Below are positions 29,520 through 38,661 of a DNA stretch of 64,000 nt, piece by piece. Numbering within the stretch: position 1 is the first letter of the stretch; every line of letters starts with the position of its first letter. A program made the position numbers and the translations under genes. The notes below the pieces were generated by a model. It saw nothing but the letters and a program-made list of their open reading frames with translations. It made no database searches and had not been told where the DNA came from. Where the stretch lies: sequence record ON287372.1, one strand, 5' to 3'.

Positions 29520-30098
29520 TTAGTTAAGGAATATCTTTTTGAATTCTGAACGCATACAGCCAACAGGGTAGATTAAGTCAGCGCATTTGACAAAGAAATC
29601 GCTGAGTTCTGTACCCTTATGGATAACGCCATAATCTTCTTTAGTATCCGAGAATGATAACCACCAATCTTCATCTTCATCGAATTGGCGCAGTAAAGGA
29701 TGATCGTGGATATAACGCAGGCCTTCGATGTAACATGTATCGAAGTGCAGACTATCTTCCAAGATGAAGGTATGAAGGAATAGGGAATCGCTGAAGTCTT
29801 CATTTGGTACTTTAAGATCCTTCCTAACTACTTTATACCCGTAAACATCCTGCATATAGGCAGTAACGAATAATGCACAGGGTAGGCAAATGCCGCGTAA
29901 AGGATCAATGTCGAAGAGATCTACGTGATCGGTGATGTTAATCAGCGCAGCCGTATGGATGTGCTCTTCTGGCAAGTCGGTTTCAAATTGGTGGAATAGG
30001 GCAATACCGCCATGATCACTAATGACTCGAGACGGCTCCACTTCAGTACGGTATGTTTCATGTATGGTACGGAAAGCGTGTTTAATTGAATCTTTCAT
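29520..30098 (-). CDS. hypothetical protein, possible Cys-His-Asp (transglutaminase/papain-like) fold
   Basis: 192 aa with GICLPCALF...LHTFI...FDT spacing typical of such a triad. Confidence 0.5.
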   Translation of the reverse strand: MKDSIKHAFRTIHETYRTEVEPSRVISDHGGIALFHQFETDLPEEHIHTAALINITDHVDLFDIDPLRGICLPCALFVTAYMQDVYGYKVVRKDLKVPNEDFSDSLFLHTFILEDSLHFDTCYIEGLRYIHDHPLLRQFDEDEDWWLSFSDTKEDYGVIHKGTELSDFFVKCADLIYPVGCMRSEFKKIFLN

Positions 30099-30159
30099 GA
30101 TTACTCCGATATACGGGTATAAAACGCCTAGGGAATTCCCTAGGCGAGTATGACGTTAT

Positions 30160-30768
30160 TTAGGCGTTGATGTCACGTAAAACAGCGTTGACTTCATTAC
30201 GCATAGCTTGAGCCAATTCTTGGTAGTTGTAAGGATAACCACCTTCGGGTATGATCCGGGTAAAGGTGACCGTCTTAGTTGGTCGGAAGTGACCTTCACC
30301 AAAGTCGAATGTTGCACTCAGCTTTTGAAAGACCTGATACTTGGAGTTAGTGCTAAGTTCGAAACGCACTACTCTAATAGCAAAGTCATCAGTGGCCACT
30401 TGGATCAATTTAGCAACTTCTTTCGCCACGTGGGGGATATTCAGGCGACCCTCATTGGAAATGATCAGGCGTTTGAAGGTATCGAGATAAACTTCCCCGA
30501 CTATGTGAGTAGTGCTGATTGTACGAAGGGCGTCTGCAATAGCAGAGGGAACCGTTTTCTTCCAGTAGTTAGCACCACCGAAGTTTTCGTAGTAATGCAG
30601 GATATAAGCCCGCTCGAGTACGAAGGTCAGCGGCAGTTTCACTGAAGTGAAGGAAACTTGCACAGCGCCATCGATACGAATGACATAGTGGTGACGACCA
30701 ACATCCACGCTGCGTGATTCAACGTTTACTGAGCCGGAGTTAAATACCTGGATATAATCAGTTTTCAT
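30160..30768 (-). CDS. hypothetical protein
   Basis: 202-aa ORF with RBS, in the accessory operon. Confidence 0.65.
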   Translation of the reverse strand: MKTDYIQVFNSGSVNVESRSVDVGRHHYVIRIDGAVQVSFTSVKLPLTFVLERAYILHYYENFGGANYWKKTVPSAIADALRTISTTHIVGEVYLDTFKRLIISNEGRLNIPHVAKEVAKLIQVATDDFAIRVVRFELSTNSKYQVFQKLSATFDFGEGHFRPTKTVTFTRIIPEGGYPYNYQELAQAMRNEVNAVLRDINA

Positions 30769-30774
30769 TTTCAG

Positions 30775-31299
30775 TTATCCTTTTGCACGAGACATGTTTT
30801 GTTTAAGTTCACGAGGATTGAATGCCGACGCGAATACGTCGAACATCAATGCATCATAAAGCGTTGCTCGGTTAGTCGGGTTGAGGTAAGGTACCGGACG
30901 ACCTGCGGCCTCTACGATAGCCTTGAAAAGGTCATCATCGTAGGTTGGTTTATAATCCAGTTCGATCACCGAAGCGTTCTTGCCGCAGAAGCTTTGTACG
31001 AATTTAGGGAATTCTTTATCTTCTTCGACGTAATACGGGAGGTCGGAATAAATGACCATCTTTGGCGGGACGCCATGTTTCTGAACATGCTGCCACACTT
31101 TGTACAGCTCACTACCTTCGATAGTCTTTTGATGCTCTTTAGGGAGCTTCTTATCTACCGCAGAGTTATAAACCTGAATGCCCCGTACGTTGAAACGGAA
31201 CTCTCCTTTGACGATATTAGCCGTAACAATAACGCCATCTTCTTTCTTGGAGACACGTTCAATCAAACCGCATGGATAAGTCAGGGAATACTGAATCAT
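30775..31299 (-). CDS. hypothetical protein
   Basis: 174-aa ORF with RBS AGGA. Confidence 0.65.
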   Translation of the reverse strand: MIQYSLTYPCGLIERVSKKEDGVIVTANIVKGEFRFNVRGIQVYNSAVDKKLPKEHQKTIEGSELYKVWQHVQKHGVPPKMVIYSDLPYYVEEDKEFPKFVQSFCGKNASVIELDYKPTYDDDLFKAIVEAAGRPVPYLNPTNRATLYDALMFDVFASAFNPRELKQNMSRAKG

Positions 31300-31409
31300 T
31301 TCTTTTTCCTTGTTTTAACAAAATAGTGAATAGAACCCTTTCCTTCTAGAACACCTAGAAGGAAAGGGGGTTTACTCTCGCCATGGTTACTTCGTCATTC
31401 CCGGAACGC

Positions 31410-32078
31410 TTAAGTTGCGTCAGCTAAGTTTAGGGGGAGTTGATGTTTGTAGGCCAACAGAACGACTTCGCTGCGATAAGCCTGTCGATGACTGTTAACT
31501 TTCTGATGAACGTATTGCTTGAAACCGGCTACAGTACGAGCACGCCCTTTATCGTAAAAGAACGCTTTATTGCTTCGTGCAGCTCCAGGCGCTACGGAAG
31601 ATGCGTAACGGTTATTACGCGCTTTGAGGATCTTGGCTGCGTCTCCAGGCCCGAGTAGGTGTGCCATGTAGATTTCTTCAATGCCGACTTTACGGTGAAG
31701 TTGCGACTCAAGATATCGTTGATTTTCCTTGATGTATTCCGCAGCCATCAAAGCGTTGGCTCGCGGGTTTTGTTTACTGGTACCAGGTTTGATACCGTAC
31801 TGTTTACCGTAGCGTTTAACCATTACCCGCCACGTACGATCGGTAAAACCAAACAACCCAGCAGCAGAGCTGGAACGGTTATGTCGGTTTTGACCCATAG
31901 TTGATTCGATGCTGGCCAAGATGACCAGATCCATCATGTTTACGTCCGCACGTTTGGACGTAGAGAGCAAGACGGTTTTGTGCTTATTCCAACCGGCCTG
32001 GTTCACGGATACAGATGCGGTTGCTGGGAAACTGAATGTTACCAAGCAAAGGACAAGAGTCCAGAATACCATGCGCAT
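31410..32078 (-). CDS. SLT-family lytic transglycosylase with N-terminal signal peptide
   Basis: 222 aa with catalytic IES and AAGLFGF...TW, IYMAHLLG. The hydrophobic N-terminus ends in PATA|SV. Confidence 0.8.
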   Translation of the reverse strand: MRMVFWTLVLCLVTFSFPATASVSVNQAGWNKHKTVLLSTSKRADVNMMDLVILASIESTMGQNRHNRSSSAAGLFGFTDRTWRVMVKRYGKQYGIKPGTSKQNPRANALMAAEYIKENQRYLESQLHRKVGIEEIYMAHLLGPGDAAKILKARNNRYASSVAPGAARSNKAFFYDKGRARTVAGFKQYVHQKVNSHRQAYRSEVVLLAYKHQLPLNLADAT

Positions 32079-32197
32079 GTTCGTTTTTCCTCAAGTAGTC
32101 GTTGATAACGATTACCTTGGCGAGAGGAGAGTGTTACCACTTCGCGTTAATACCTCCTGTACAAAAAGAGGGAGTGAACTCCCTCATTTCAGTTAAA

Positions 32198-32845
32198 TTA
32201 GTGAGTGGTCGGTTTTTCCATGGATGGGAAAACGTACGACACGCGGGCTGAGGTTGGGTTAGACATCGCCATCTCAGCGTCGACGAATGTAACAGCTACA
32301 CCGCTGTTATCTTCAGTACGGCTGACGCTGGCCGCTGGAGCACCAATACTCAGTTGTGCCAGAGTGATACTGAATGCATACAAAGCTTCGGAAGGATTCA
32401 GTGGACGACGCTGCGCCGGCTGAGTCAGGTTGGTGGAAGAGGTATAGATCACGCCCTGGTTATTTACCCACCAGGCCAATGTGGTACGCTCGTTACCTTC
32501 CAGCAGCGCAGTGATAGTGCGGTTTGCACTGACCATGATAGAGACACGGAAAGTTTCAGGGAAGGTCGCCAACAGTTCGAACAGTTCCCAGGACAGGTTA
32601 GGGTAATGTTCTTTAGCCGCTTCGTCCAACTCTTCAATCGAGTTAGCGCAGCCGAATTGAGCCATCGGGTTTTGGAACACGACCGGATCTTTGGTGAAGC
32701 CAAAGGATGGGTTGAAGGTTTCCATGTCCGGACGCTGGGTGCCGCTTGGATCTACAACATCGATATCAACCACACGGAGAATCTGCTCTTCTACAACGAG
32801 CTTACCCATGTTCAGGATCTGAGTTGCTTTACGAGTATCGGACAT
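32198..32845 (-). CDS. hypothetical protein
   Basis: 215 aa, RBS AAGGA, high-expression-type codon use. Confidence 0.7.
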   Translation of the reverse strand: MSDTRKATQILNMGKLVVEEQILRVVDIDVVDPSGTQRPDMETFNPSFGFTKDPVVFQNPMAQFGCANSIEELDEAAKEHYPNLSWELFELLATFPETFRVSIMVSANRTITALLEGNERTTLAWWVNNQGVIYTSSTNLTQPAQRRPLNPSEALYAFSITLAQLSIGAPAASVSRTEDNSGVAVTFVDAEMAMSNPTSARVSYVFPSMEKPTTH

Positions 32846-32978
32846 CTTAATCTGTTCCTTTTTAAGTTTAGTCTAGCATAATCGCTATACCATGATGAGG
32901 TAGCGTCAAAAAATAAAAGAATAAACCCAGCCCATTCCCTAGGGTATTAATCCTAGAGAGTGAGCCGAGTCTTTTTAA

Positions 32979-33326
32979 TTAGTACAGGGTACCGATTGTA
33001 TCAACGCCAGCTGCCGCAGCACCTGCGTTATCCAGGAATACGAAACGAACGAATTCAGTATCCTGCCAGCCAATACGAACGGTAAACATCAGAACTTGAC
33101 CGAACATCACGCTCGGTACCATCTTCAACTTAGCCGTAGTGTCGTATTTACCCAACACGTAATCACCTTCGATCGCCGCACTTACCATCAGACCTAAGCC
33201 ATTGGTAAAGATCTGCATCATGGCAGATGAGATTGCCATAGTTTTCTCTTTAGTCTCTGGGCCACCGATAGTCAATGCGTTCAGCTCTTCGATAGATTTA
33301 TCGATCACTGCTTGGTTTCTTTCCAT
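32979..33326 (-). CDS. hypothetical protein
   Basis: 115-aa ORF followed by a terminator-like hairpin. Confidence 0.65.
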   Translation of the reverse strand: MERNQAVIDKSIEELNALTIGGPETKEKTMAISSAMMQIFTNGLGLMVSAAIEGDYVLGKYDTTAKLKMVPSVMFGQVLMFTVRIGWQDTEFVRFVFLDNAGAAAAGVDTIGTLY

Positions 33327-33538
33327 CTTTTAATCATCTCTTCGTGAGTTACATTCACATTAAATCGGGTAGGGTTTAGAGTACTCATGTACTCTAATGG
33401 AATTCCCTTCATCCTTTCAGTCTTCGGTCATTCTCCCCTAATAGTCACAGGCTCCGCCGTGACCCCTCTTTCGAGATGTCTTGTGTGCTTTTAGCACACT
33501 ATAACACCTGCCGTAAAAAAAGAATTAAAGAGAGTGGT

Positions 33539-33970
33539 TTACCACGACTTCAATGCGTTTTTCAGTTTGTCGTAAACGTGGTTAGGGATTTCATTCCGGT
33601 ACTTTTCAATCACGGCCTGAATCTCTTCCTGAGGCTTCTTCGGCTTAAACATCGTCACCCCAAACTTAATAGATACCCATTCACTATCTTCGTAACGAGA
33701 TAATGCCTTGATGATATCCTGCACTGCCTTAGGCAAACTACCAAAGTCAGACCTGGCTTTGGAAACCAGGATCAACTGACGCAGAGGATGCGCGTTAATG
33801 ACTTCACGGAGCAATGAGATGTTAACCTGGCCATTGTGACCAATAATCTCATCGGGTAAGTTAGGCCATGTACGCAGCCCTAATTGGGAGAAGAACTCCT
33901 TTATAGCCAAACGTGATTCCAGACCACGATGTTCATCGCTAACAGCCATTATGGGCTCCTTATTTACCAA
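33539..33970 (-). CDS. hypothetical protein
   Basis: Up to 143 aa; the start may be the internal MAVSDEH (RBS AGGAG). Confidence 0.65.
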   Translation of the reverse strand: MVNKEPIMAVSDEHRGLESRLAIKEFFSQLGLRTWPNLPDEIIGHNGQVNISLLREVINAHPLRQLILVSKARSDFGSLPKAVQDIIKALSRYEDSEWVSIKFGVTMFKPKKPQEEIQAVIEKYRNEIPNHVYDKLKNALKSW

Positions 33971-34280
33971 CGATAGTTTCTACGTTGTAACAACCAACAA
34001 TACGATCCAAGACGGTTTGAATACCTTCACGGATCAACCCTGGGTATTGGAGAGTATCCTCATCCATCTTACCGAATGATACCCAGATGAAAAGATCTTT
34101 ACGCTCACCAAAGAAAGAGAAGCGAACAAAGCCGGTGGCTTCGTCTTTAGTGATATGGATGTGCTGCTGAACTTTTTGAATTTCACTCAGCGGGATAACT
34201 ACGGTGCCGTCCAACTTAGTACGAATGATGGTCTTTTTGTAGTCAGCAACAACGATTGAATCGAAGAAATAATTGTCCAT
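33960..34280 (-). CDS. hypothetical protein
   Basis: 106 aa, RBS AAGGA. Confidence 0.65.
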   Translation of the reverse strand: MDNYFFDSIVVADYKKTIIRTKLDGTVVIPLSEIQKVQQHIHITKDEATGFVRFSFFGERKDLFIWVSFGKMDEDTLQYPGLIREGIQTVLDRIVGCYNVETIVGK

Positions 34281-34344
34281 TTTAAATTCCTTTCATTTGG
34301 AGAAAATAAGCAGAGAGAGCCGTAGCTCTCTCCAATAGTTTTTA

Positions 34345-34722
34345 TTAACGGATTACTGGCAGACGACGAATGCGTTCGATAGTGAAGCTTACAGACGCTT
34401 TATTACGTGTTTCTAAACGATGACGCAACTCGCCCAATAAGCGAATGACATCTAAGCGACTGAGACTGTAAACGATCTCAGTTTTGTAAAGGAACTTCCA
34501 AGCAGGCCAGAATGAAGCACTACTGAATTCTAATACCTGGCCCACAGCGTCTTGTACGCGATCACGCATCGCGCCGTTATCGAAGTTGACAAACTGTACC
34601 GATGTTTCAACCAACGCTTCCAGAGTCTTTACAGCGCGTTTCATTTCAGAGTAACTGAAGTCGATAGTGTTGTGGTAAGTACGACCTTCGATATGGCTAA
34701 GCATAGTTTCCATAGTGCTCAT
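34345..34722 (-). CDS. hypothetical protein
   Basis: 125-aa ORF in operon context. Confidence 0.6.
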   Translation of the reverse strand: MSTMETMLSHIEGRTYHNTIDFSYSEMKRAVKTLEALVETSVQFVNFDNGAMRDRVQDAVGQVLEFSSASFWPAWKFLYKTEIVYSLSRLDVIRLLGELRHRLETRNKASVSFTIERIRRLPVIR

Positions 34723-34735
34723 TTTAGGCTTCTCT

Positions 34736-35086
34736 TTATTTTACGAAGTTTACGATAGGTTGGTATTTGATGATAGAACGGGTCATGACGACCGGGTACG
34801 CACCTTTCTCTTGAGCTCGGATCAAAGCAGCGCGCAGACGAGAGATTTCGGTACGGGTCAGGATCCAGTTGTAACCACCGGCCTGTTGCAGGAACCAGTT
34901 CTGACCCACGTCGATTTTGATAACGTAGAGCTCAGCCGGCTGCTTGGTGATTTCTTCGATATTACGGATCATCTTTTTGATTTTGCCTTTACGGCTGAGA
35001 TACATCGGATGATTGTACGGCGCAGATGCACGATCGAATTCCGGGTTAGCTTCGATTTGTTTCAAGATTGCATTGACATTGGACAT
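34736..35086 (-). CDS. hypothetical protein
   Basis: 116 aa, RBS GAGGA. Confidence 0.65.
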   Translation of the reverse strand: MSNVNAILKQIEANPEFDRASAPYNHPMYLSRKGKIKKMIRNIEEITKQPAELYVIKIDVGQNWFLQQAGGYNWILTRTEISRLRAALIRAQEKGAYPVVMTRSIIKYQPIVNFVK

Positions 35087-35099
35087 GATGATTCCTCAA

Positions 35100-35867
35100 T
35101 TAATTATCGTAGTTGTAACGGATGGATTTCTGAGATCCTTTCAAGGAGTACTCAGGAGAAAGTGATTTGTTAATGTAACGAGAATAGAGGGGCTCTGAAG
35201 CCACTCTTCCTGAGAAAGCTTTTCTCGTGCTTTCTTTAGCAGCGTCAACGACGTTTCTTAAACGGTACAGTTCAGGGAAGTTTTCTGGTGTAGCAGGTTT
35301 CCAGTAGTCTACTTCATAAACGCCACGTACGATACCATTAGCCACTGCAAGCACAACCTTGGCCTTCATAGCCCGATTGATGTTTATTGGCCAGGAGAAC
35401 CGCACAACGTCGTAGGTATCCATTTTCCCGTAACTGTTGTTGATCTTGATGATCAGTACATCGTCTTCCAGAACAGCTTCCTCAGCCCCGTATTGGATCT
35501 GAGCTTCTTGCGCAGTGATAATACCGAACTTGTTACCGTGTCCTTTCACTGCGTTAGTCAAATTAGGGTAAACGTTAATCAGAGCCGATTCTACCGCAAA
35601 GGCTTCTGTTTCATCGCGAAGGTTGTAGGACACAATCCCGTGCCCTACTTCCAAGCCCGCTTCATGAATTTGCCTAATCGTTTCCAGTTTGACTGAGAGA
35701 GTGCCCCCTTCCTTAGCTTTGAGCTGATCATTAACGTGCGCGAAAATGCGATTACCACAACCCTTACCCACGTAGAATACTTCGTCGTTGTTCAACGGGT
35801 TGGTAAGAATGTAAACGTACCAACCAAGACTCTCAATGACTTCAGGGGTGAACTTGTTAATGACCAT
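35100..35867 (-). CDS. LEM-3-like GIY-YIG nuclease domain protein
   Basis: 255 aa with WYVYIL...FYVGKG.GNR.FAH, EAFAVESALI and LTN, the GIY-YIG motif order of the LEM-3-like group. Confidence 0.82.
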   Translation of the reverse strand: MVINKFTPEVIESLGWYVYILTNPLNNDEVFYVGKGCGNRIFAHVNDQLKAKEGGTLSVKLETIRQIHEAGLEVGHGIVSYNLRDETEAFAVESALINVYPNLTNAVKGHGNKFGIITAQEAQIQYGAEEAVLEDDVLIIKINNSYGKMDTYDVVRFSWPININRAMKAKVVLAVANGIVRGVYEVDYWKPATPENFPELYRLRNVVDAAKESTRKAFSGRVASEPLYSRYINKSLSPEYSLKGSQKSIRYNYDN

Positions 35868-35902
35868 TGTAGTTTCCTTACTCTTCGAATTCGGCAGTGA
35901 TT

Positions 35903-36337
35903 TTAAATACGTACGATCGCGTGGGTAGCGTTAGTTTTAGCTGCAACAGCGTAAACGACTTCGTGACCTTTGTATTTGGCTTCGAGGTTACGGATGACGG
36001 AAGGAAAGTCTTTGCCGCCATTGCTGTTTTGAGCTTCGATCTTGGAAGCGACTTCCAAGGTCATGCCTTTGAACTGGAAGCCGAAGCCCAGGTCAGTTTT
36101 GTAGAAGACGATCCCATGGTTGCGCTCCAGATCCTGCAGCAGCATCCATTTGATTTCGCCCTTGGAGTTGAAACCCAGATCCTGCAACTGAGAGTACAGT
36201 GGCAGGTATTCGGTTTCCAACAGGATTTGTGGTTCCCGGCCGAACATCGCTACTTCGTGAGCCAATGCCTGAACCAGACCAGCGATACGTGCAGCAGTGA
36301 TAGAACGAGTTTGTTTTTCAGTGAAGTTGATAGCCAT
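35903..36337 (-). CDS. hypothetical protein
   Basis: 144 aa, RBS GAGG. Confidence 0.7.
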   Translation of the reverse strand: MAINFTEKQTRSITAARIAGLVQALAHEVAMFGREPQILLETEYLPLYSQLQDLGFNSKGEIKWMLLQDLERNHGIVFYKTDLGFGFQFKGMTLEVASKIEAQNSNGGKDFPSVIRNLEAKYKGHEVVYAVAAKTNATHAIVRI

Positions 36338-36379
36338 GATAAGTACCTCTTTAAATGATTGGATTTAGGATTATTACGC

Positions 36380-36745
36380 TTATTCGGTTACTTGCGCCTT
36401 CAGCTGATATAGATTCATGAGAATCGTACCCAGTAAAGAAGCGATAGTTAACCAAGTGTTAAAGGTAGGTAGACCTGCCAGAGATAAGCGAGCAGCGTCG
36501 GTTAATAAATCTTTAAGTTCGGTTAAATGGTGAAAGATAAGGTATAACTGATCAGTTGTCTCCGACTTATCGGATATCGGCCGCAAGAGATCACCATGAA
36601 CGATTTCCAACACCTCGTTAACTCGCCGTTTGATGACATTAGCTTCTTCGTCGTTAGGTAAGTACGGGATGTTCTTTAAGTAGGATTGTACTTCTTTTAA
36701 TCCATCTGTTATCTTTCCGAACTCTTCGATAGTTTTCATACTCAC
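36380..36745 (-). CDS. hypothetical helical protein
   Basis: 121 aa with an amphipathic helical pattern. Confidence 0.65.
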   Translation of the reverse strand: MSMKTIEEFGKITDGLKEVQSYLKNIPYLPNDEEANVIKRRVNEVLEIVHGDLLRPISDKSETTDQLYLIFHHLTELKDLLTDAARLSLAGLPTFNTWLTIASLLGTILMNLYQLKAQVTE

Positions 36746-36760
36746 CCCTTTATTAGTGAG

Positions 36761-37093
36761 TTATAGTTTTTCGAGCTGATCTTCGATTTGATCGTCGAGG
36801 AAATGAATTGCTCGGATTAACTTAGAGGAGTTATCTTCCCCTAACATCTTGCTGCAATAGAACGCAGTGTTTGTAGCCCAGCTATAAAGCTGATGGTGAT
36901 TGGCACTGAGCAACAGTCGAGCGTAGTCGTTGTCGAAATCACGGATGATGATATCAGCAATACCCACTGTAACTGTACGGACCGTTAAAAATGCGTGCTT
37001 ACGCGATTCGTCATTATTGAGCGAAACAGAACCCACTACTTTACGAAGTTCTTCGAGACGAACCTTTGCATCCAAGATTGTATTGAGGGCCAT
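36761..37093 (-). CDS. hypothetical helical protein
   Basis: 110 aa, TAATG-coupled to the upstream microprotein. Confidence 0.65.
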   Translation of the reverse strand: MALNTILDAKVRLEELRKVVGSVSLNNDESRKHAFLTVRTVTVGIADIIIRDFDNDYARLLLSANHHQLYSWATNTAFYCSKMLGEDNSSKLIRAIHFLDDQIEDQLEKL

Positions 37094-37233
37094 TAGTTGA
37101 CCCCCATAGTACGCATGAAGATAACAACTCGACGACTTGTGCCTTTACCAGGCCCTTTCTTTACTTTGTGAGCAAGTCGGACATAGTAGCCGATAATAGT
37201 GTCGCCGTCAAAGTCACCTTGTAGAATTGACAT
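37093..37233 (-). CDS. 46-aa microprotein containing DFDGD
   Basis: Below the track's size cutoff. MSILQGDFDGDTIIGYYVRLAHKVKKGPGKGTSRRVVIFMRTMGVN*. RBS AGGAG, early-promoter-like motif about 60 nt upstream, TAATG overlap with the next gene. Confidence 0.7.
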   Translation of the reverse strand: MSILQGDFDGDTIIGYYVRLAHKVKKGPGKGTSRRVVIFMRTMGVN

Positions 37234-37290
37234 GATAAATCTCCTAATTAATAATTAAAGTTTACCCATTACTTCTGGATATTCGCCGAG

Positions 37291-37307
37291 GTTATATAGA
37301 CTTGAAA
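37291..37307 (-). promoter_or_regulatory. early promoter variant
   Basis: TTTCAAGTCTATATAAC, upstream of the DFDGD microprotein operon. Confidence 0.6.
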
Positions 37308-37365
37308 TTTGTTTGAAAACGGTTGGTATGTAACTTTTTGACCTATTATTGAAAGGGCCCTGTCC

Positions 37366-38613
37366 GTGGAAATTAAACAGCTCTTCGACTCGACTTATCA
37401 GCACATCTCCTTTGACCAAGCTCTGGCTAAGAAGATCAACACGTTTGTTCGTGTATTCATGAACAAGGGTGAGCACTCCGCGTTCTTTGGCTCTGGTCTG
37501 TTGGCCGCACACAAAGTTCGTTGGACAATGACCGAACTTAAAGATTGGTTTGATAACATCGCAGTCACCGATATGGATACACTGAAGATCAATATCGATA
37601 ACCTCGACAACATCGATCCAAACCACATCGTTACTACCGATGCCTTTAACTTGACAACCGTGTACTTTGTCCACCGGGTATTGACCAGTCCAAAACTGAA
37701 TCCGGCGCAGCGTACAGCGTGTGCAATCGATATCATTCGCGTTCTGCACTTCAAGTTCATCTGCGGCATCCTTACTCAGTACTTCCCTTACGGTACCGAT
37801 CCTCAGATCGCTCTACGTACTTACGAGGCGATGTCGTTTAAGTACGACCTGAAGCAGTATAAGACCTGGGCTAAGTTGATTGAAGAACGTGCCAAGTCAA
37901 TTATCGCCACCAACGGTATTCATTACGAAACGTTTGTTCGTTTCAATGATGACGATGATGTCAAGTATATCTTGTCGGATATCCAGACACGTATTCGCGT
38001 AGTGATCAAAACGCTGACCGCACTTTACTACCAGGTAAAAGAAGCCGGTGATCGAGTCATCGCAACGTCTACGATGGTGGAGGTAGATGGTTCGCTGGAA
38101 GTTCGCGATATCAAACGCCTGTTCCCAATGTACCGTCGATACATCAACGAAACGATCACCGATACAGCTTCATTCGTGAAGCCTGAGCTCGTTGACTTGA
38201 TTGCCAAGACTAACCCTAGTCTTCAGCCTAAGTTGTTGACCGAGACGCTGACGTTCATCTCCACCATGTATTCTAAGCCGCAGGGTAAGAAGGTGAAGGA
38301 GTTCGTTGAGCGTACCTTAGAGTATTCATTCGACTTTATCCATGGTCGTGGGATTAACCCACAGAACCTTGCTGAGCTGATCTCTGGGTTGAAAGGGGTT
38401 ATCAACGCATCGCGTAACAAAGAGCCTGATGTCATGTATCTCCGTACTAACGGCGATAACATCGTACGTAAAGCAACTGGCCGTAATCCGCCAACTCCAG
38501 TTTCATCTGAACGCACAGGGGTCATCCTCTACATCGTTCTGCGTACAGTGACTATGAAGTACTATCAGTCTGGTGGTTCATCTCGTTCCCGTACTGGTAT
38601 TAAGCCAGCTTAA
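37366..38613 (+). CDS. conserved putative virion structural protein
   Basis: 415 aa on the plus strand with a TATGTA motif upstream, near the terminase. Confidence 0.65.
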   Translation: MEIKQLFDSTYQHISFDQALAKKINTFVRVFMNKGEHSAFFGSGLLAAHKVRWTMTELKDWFDNIAVTDMDTLKINIDNLDNIDPNHIVTTDAFNLTTVYFVHRVLTSPKLNPAQRTACAIDIIRVLHFKFICGILTQYFPYGTDPQIALRTYEAMSFKYDLKQYKTWAKLIEERAKSIIATNGIHYETFVRFNDDDDVKYILSDIQTRIRVVIKTLTALYYQVKEAGDRVIATSTMVEVDGSLEVRDIKRLFPMYRRYINETITDTASFVKPELVDLIAKTNPSLQPKLLTETLTFISTMYSKPQGKKVKEFVERTLEYSFDFIHGRGINPQNLAELISGLKGVINASRNKEPDVMYLRTNGDNIVRKATGRNPPTPVSSERTGVILYIVLRTVTMKYYQSGGSSRSRTGIKPA

Positions 38614-38661
38614 AAACACAAAAAAAAAAGAAAGGGCGCGAAGCCCTTTCTTTTGTGACGT

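Noticed and set aside
32880-32915. TTGACG...TATAG sigma70-like promoter, and a recurring TTTTTACG element at 2150, 20220, 26145 and 33515
   Set aside because: The spacer is 14 nt rather than about 17. Spacing to the downstream TAT element varies between sites, and the T-run is often a terminator tail. It could be a middle promoter, but I cannot support that by eye.
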